DNA of 28,423 nucleotides from a virus (Duplodnaviria; Heunggongvirae; Uroviricota; Caudoviricetes): IMG/VR virus record IMGVR_UViG_2537562173_000011, positions 1 to 28,423 of that record; one strand, 5' to 3'. Shown piece by piece: positions 27,413 to 28,423 of this stretch (position 1 is its first letter; each line of letters starts with the position of its first letter). The notes under the pieces were generated by a model. It saw only the letters and a program-made list of their open reading frames with translations, ran no database searches and was not told where the DNA came from. The position numbers and the translations under genes were made by a program.

Positions 27413-27914
27413 CAATCCCCTCCAAAAAACGTCGGTACGCTGATTTGTTTTTTATGTTGCACACTGTCTGCGCACAAACACCAAATTCTTTGGCTATATC
27501 TCTGTATTTGCCTTTTGATTTATATATTGATTTCACTTGTTCTGGCGTTAGTTTGCAGAAGTGATGATTAAACCCATGAACAAGCAATCCGGAATCAAAT
27601 CCATGTTTCGCATTTTCTGTTCGCGTTACCCACTCAAGATTTTCAACTTTATTATTAAGTTTATTTCCATCCTTGTGATTAACTTCCGGTTTGCCATCTG
27701 GGTTATCAATAAATACTTCTGCAACAATTCTGTGAACCATTTTATATGATGGTCTTTTCCCGCCACCTGGATACAGACCGACAAATGCATATCCTCCTGG
27801 TTTAATGCCATGAGATAATTTTTTTGATTTACGGCATGAAATGATGTCTCCATTTTCAGTTACTTTATATATACCCTCAAAGCCGGGGATATCTTTTTCT
27901 TTAACATCACTCAT
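27405..27914 (-). CDS. Free-standing HNH homing endonuclease (NUMOD4 + HNH_3 architecture)
   Basis: 169 aa; IPGFEGIYKVTENGDI (NUMOD4-like N-terminus), HRIVAEVFIDNPDGKPEVNHKDGNKLNNKVENLEWVTRTEN (HNH motif), C-terminal HTH-like tail; start overlaps the ninF stop. Confidence 0.8.
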   Translation of the reverse strand: MSDVKEKDIPGFEGIYKVTENGDIISCRKSKKLSHGIKPGGYAFVGLYPGGGKRPSYKMVHRIVAEVFIDNPDGKPEVNHKDGNKLNNKVENLEWVTRTENAKHGFDSGLLVHGFNHHFCKLTPEQVKSIYKSKGKYRDIAKEFGVCAQTVCNIKNKSAYRRFLEGIDV

Positions 27915-28083
27915 CGTCTTCTTCCTCGTACATTGAGCTATTCGGATCGCTCATCAGTTCTGCGCAGCAGTGCTCACACATGTGAACTTCCAGCACATGC
28001 AGCTTCTGACCGCAGTTAGCGCACGTTAAAGCTCGCTCGACGCTTTCTTTCTGGCATTGAAGGGATTGGGATGGGCTAAGCAT
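27909..28083 (-). CDS. ninF: NinF-like small Cys-rich protein (58 aa; below the 60-aa ORF track cutoff)
   Basis: Translated by hand: MLSPSQSLQCQKESVERALTCANCGQKLHVLEVHMCEHCCAELMSDPNSSMYEEEDDE, matching lambda NinF as recalled; ATG at 28083. Confidence 0.6.
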
Positions 28084-28423
28084 TATTGGCGTCCTGCATC
28101 ATGAGAAAGACAATCATGGCGGCGCGGAGTTGGTTTTCATCTTGAGTCATATGATATGGGGTGCTATCACTGCCAACTTTTCTATGCGCTGCCTTCCATA
28201 ATCCATTTTCTGGCGCTGGAATAATGCCAATTCTGTTCTCTACGATAATCGGCTCTGCGTCTTCAGGATTATTGCAGTAGTCGTACCATCGATAATTACC
28301 ATTTGATTCATTGCCGACAGACCGTCCATCTGCGTTGTGCGGATAACCTAATGGTATTGCCCCCACTATCGCTTTAAATACTCGCTTGTTAATTTCAAAA
28401 TCACTTAACTGTGAATAATCCAT
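28076..28423 (-). CDS. nin-region phage protein (NinX/DUF2591-like, tentative), 115 aa; start codon is the last 3 bases of the window
   Basis: Complete ORF from ATG 28423 to stop 28076; position upstream of ninF; family assignment from memory only. Confidence 0.4.
   Translation of the reverse strand: MDYSQLSDFEINKRVFKAIVGAIPLGYPHNADGRSVGNESNGNYRWYDYCNNPEDAEPIIVENRIGIIPAPENGLWKAAHRKVGSDSTPYHMTQDENQLRAAMIVFLMMQDANNA

Larger units (their letters stand above)
1..28423. mobile_element. P22-like (CUS-3-type) prophage, internal portion; both ends outside the window
   Basis: Gene content and order match a P22-like genome (int, conversion gene, tailspike, ant-arc-mnt, 16-20-7-14-26-10-4-5-8-1-2-3, lysis, Q, nin), almost all on the minus strand. 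neuO plus an endosialidase tailspike is the CUS-3 signature. Confidence 0.85.

Overview
The whole window lies inside a P22-like, CUS-3-type prophage of an E. coli K1-type host, read from the integrase end into the nin region. All identifications are from reading the six-frame translations and DNA by eye and from recalled family knowledge; no database search was run. Left to right: an IntS-like integrase (attL/argW would be just upstream, outside the window); the phase-variable polysialic-acid O-acetyltransferase neuO with a 15-unit heptanucleotide tract at its 5' end; an endosialidase tailspike with a P22 gp9-type head-binding N-terminus; the immI module (ant, arc, divergent mnt); a ~2 kb accessory hotspot between mnt and gene 16; a P22-order virion module (16-20-7-14-26-10-4-coat-scaffold-portal-terminase L/S); a lambda-type lysis cassette (S, R, Rz/Rz1); a Q antiterminator; and nin genes with an HNH endonuclease. 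The best candidate for an undescribed system is the hotspot at 7003-8980: a ClpP-fold serine protease with an apparently intact Ser-His-Asp triad translationally coupled to mnt, a convergent two-gene operon of unknown proteins, and a small two-TM membrane protein. Three structural anomalies also stand out: the portal gene is split across two frames, gp10 is split and carries a 27-bp exact copy of scaffold-gene sequence, and the region between Q and the holin contains an internal argE fragment joined to the holin through a 45-bp perfect foldback repeat plus G8/A19 homopolymers. These may reflect a degraded prophage or assembly artefacts; I cannot tell which from sequence alone.
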